26,508 nucleotides of DNA from a virus (taxonomy: Duplodnaviria; Caudoviricetes): the IMG/VR virus record IMGVR_UViG_3300017722_003065, positions 1 through 26,508 of that record. One strand, 5' to 3'. The translations under genes were made by a program, and so were the position numbers. Below the pieces are notes generated by a model. That model saw nothing but the letters and a program-made list of their open reading frames with translations. It did no database searches and was not told the DNA's origin. Shown here in pieces: positions 24,597-26,508 of this stretch. Numbering within the stretch: position 1 is the stretch's first letter; each line of letters begins with the position of its first letter.

Positions 24597-26122
24597 TTGA
24601 ACAGCATGACTTAACTGCAGCACAACAGGATTACGCTGTATTCCTTCCTGCAGTGTCAAGTTTCTACAGCACATATATTGGACGTCAGCGATTTGAACCC
24701 TATGTTAGTGCCGCTCGTATGCCTGCTGGGCTGCCTGACATGGAGATGCTGAACATTTTTAATGATCAAGCAGGATTGTTTCCCTATCGTTGGGCATTGT
24801 ATTCAGCAGGACATGCTAACTTGGATTTGACCAAACACGATCCTCGAGAAGATATGATGCGTAATCGGGGCAACCACACTACCTTGTTGTGTGACTCAGG
24901 CGGATTCCAGATTGCCAAAGGTGTATGGGAAGGCGATTGGAAAGATCCCAAGTGTCCACGAGCACAAAAGAAACGTGATGCTGCGCTGAAGTGGTTAGAT
25001 GGCATGGCCGATTATGGCATGACACTGGATATTCCCACATGGACGTCTCATGTACCTGGCGCTACTGAAAAGACTGGTATCAGAGACTATGATGACGCCG
25101 TGCGAGCCACGCACTACAACAATGAATACTTCATTAAACATCGTCGGGGTGTTGACAATGGTGGCACCAAGTTCTTGAATGTTTTACAAGGTGCCAATCA
25201 CGGTGAAGCTGATCGCTGGTATGACCTGATGAAACAGTATTGCGACCCCCAGCAGTATCCAGGGCGTCACTTCAATGGTTGGGGCATGGGCGGACAGAAC
25301 ATGTGTGATGCTCACTTGGTAATGCGCAGAATTGTAACACTGATACACGATGGGTTACTTGAGCAGGGCACTCATGACTGGATGCACTTCTTGGGCACGT
25401 CAAGGCTGGAGTGGGCATTGTTGCTCACTGACATCATGCGAGCAGTGCGTCGCTATCACAATCCTGACTTTACTGTCTCTTTTGATTGTGCATCACCATT
25501 CCTAGCCACTGCCAATGGACAGTTGTATCACAGCATTGGCCTAGAAGATCGTGGACGGTTCAATTACTTCATGGAACCCACAGTTGACAACAAGAAGTAT
25601 GCCACAGACTCACGCAGTTTCCGTGATGCAGTGATGCAGGATGGTATTCACAAACAGTTTGAAGACTCACCTATCAGCGCACGACTGAAGATATCAGATA
25701 TCTGTGTGTACAAACCCGGCGACTTAAATAAAATTGGCAAGGAAGGCAAGACAAGTTGGGATAGTTTCTCCTATGCATTGTTGATGGGGCATAATGTTTG
25801 GATGCATCTTGAATCAGTGCAACGTGCCAATCGCGCATACGATTCGGGTATTGTACCTTCGATGTTGATACAAGAAACATTTAATCGTATCACAGTTAGA
25901 GACATTGTTAATCAAGTCTTTTCTTTGAAAGATCAACAACAAAGTTTGGCATTGGTTGACCATCACAAGACACTCTGGGAGCAGATAATTGGCACTCGAG
26001 GACACACTGGCAAACGAGCAACCAATGCTCATACTATGTTTAACAACCTTTTCGAAGTAGACGAAAAGGATTCTGAAGGGGATTTAGATGAATCAAGACT
26101 TGACCAACTTGAGCAACAGTAG
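24593..26122 (+). CDS. tRNA-guanine transglycosylase-like protein (DpdA-like, probable DNA 7-deazaguanine insertion)
   Basis: CDSGGFQ (catalytic Asp), MTLDIP, LNVLQG, GWGMGG, MHFLG and SFDCASP, in TGT order. Confidence 0.8.
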   Translation: MIEQHDLTAAQQDYAVFLPAVSSFYSTYIGRQRFEPYVSAARMPAGLPDMEMLNIFNDQAGLFPYRWALYSAGHANLDLTKHDPREDMMRNRGNHTTLLCDSGGFQIAKGVWEGDWKDPKCPRAQKKRDAALKWLDGMADYGMTLDIPTWTSHVPGATEKTGIRDYDDAVRATHYNNEYFIKHRRGVDNGGTKFLNVLQGANHGEADRWYDLMKQYCDPQQYPGRHFNGWGMGGQNMCDAHLVMRRIVTLIHDGLLEQGTHDWMHFLGTSRLEWALLLTDIMRAVRRYHNPDFTVSFDCASPFLATANGQLYHSIGLEDRGRFNYFMEPTVDNKKYATDSRSFRDAVMQDGIHKQFEDSPISARLKISDICVYKPGDLNKIGKEGKTSWDSFSYALLMGHNVWMHLESVQRANRAYDSGIVPSMLIQETFNRITVRDIVNQVFSLKDQQQSLALVDHHKTLWEQIIGTRGHTGKRATNAHTMFNNLFEVDEKDSEGDLDESRLDQLEQQ

Positions 26123-26318
26123 TAATATAGAAGAACTTAGTATTGAAGAACTTGAACGTGAGCATCATAGATTGGAAAAACAACTAGGCAAATTGAAAAA
26201 ACACCCCATTGCCGATCATGATCGAATACGCGACATGAAAAAACTCAAACTACAACTCAAAGATCAACTCATTAAATCGAAGGCCGAAGATGGAACGTCA
26301 GGGTCACAAAACAGCTAA
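26088..26318 (+). CDS. Small coiled-coil protein (DUF465/YdcH-like)
   Basis: LEREHHRLEKQL...IRDMKKLKLQLKDQL pattern. GGGG lies upstream of the ATG. Confidence 0.6.
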   Translation: MNQDLTNLSNSSNIEELSIEELEREHHRLEKQLGKLKKHPIADHDRIRDMKKLKLQLKDQLIKSKAEDGTSGSQNS

Positions 26319-26508
26319 TATTTTCACTGGTGTAGAAGTTGAACACACCGCGCAATATCAACAACCAACTGTGTTTGTAGTAGGCGCACAAAACGTCAAT
26401 GAGATTGAACGACGTGCCGAAGCCTTTGGCGCTCGTCACATCTACCTTGGTGCCAATCATAGTTTTCCACGCGACGCCAGTACCGAATCCTGGGCCAACT
26501 TTGAAGGC
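26290..26508 (+). CDS. 3'-truncated hypothetical protein
   Basis: Open from the ATG at 26290 to the window end: MERQGHKTANIFTGVEVEHTAQYQQPTVFVVG...HIYLGANHSF. GAGG lies upstream. Confidence 0.7.
   Translation, partial: MERQGHKTANIFTGVEVEHTAQYQQPTVFVVGAQNVNEIERRAEAFGARHIYLGANHSFPRDASTESWANFEG

Noticed and set aside
204-26460. Numerous short minus-strand and alternate-frame ORFs in the track (e.g. 1469-1885, 16625-17170, 19959-20435)
   Set aside because: They lie within longer motif-bearing genes, have no recognisable motifs or start signals, and are best explained as shadow ORFs.
1-26508. Genome-wide stop-codon reassignment (TAG or TGA)
   Set aside because: Long ORFs including PolB are intact under the standard code with very high coding density. 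TAA, TAG and TGA all end genes at sensible positions.
1-26508. tRNA or rRNA genes
   Set aside because: No intergenic space with a cloverleaf or T-loop signature was recognised. A tRNAscan-SE run would confirm this.

Overview
This 26.5 kb window looks like part of a large tailed dsDNA phage genome with T4-like regulatory logic: TAAATA late-promoter-like boxes, a family B DNA polymerase and a sigma70 early promoter. It uses the standard genetic code and almost all genes are on the + strand. Three zones are visible. (1) About 1-11.6 kb and 14.5-19.7 kb: tightly coupled genes whose products start with leaders resembling T4 capsid-targeting sequences (MRAKEFITE, MRAREFVTE, MDINEIIAE, MRLLEFKLLE). 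Several of these are 'beads-on-a-string' polyproteins, with unrelated small domains (GNAT acetyltransferases, Zn-deaminase, ParB-like, basic two-Cys peptides) separated by (L/I/V/M)-x-E sites. Two linker families, QGVAEG and E..DD(E/D)(L/M)F, are also conserved at DNA level. (2) About 11.6-14.5 kb: a small metabolic island (sulfotransferase-like, PLP enzyme, 2OG-Fe(II) oxygenase), with Dps just downstream. (3) About 19.9-26.5 kb: a replication and DNA-modification block (small DNA-binding protein, PolB, methyltransferase-like protein, probable clamp, TGT/DpdA-like protein). The best candidate for a novel system is a cassette-shuffled, protease-processed, virion-packaged effector polyprotein array. 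A structured intergenic RNA candidate lies at about 19213-19293. All product calls come from motif recognition by eye; no database searches were run.
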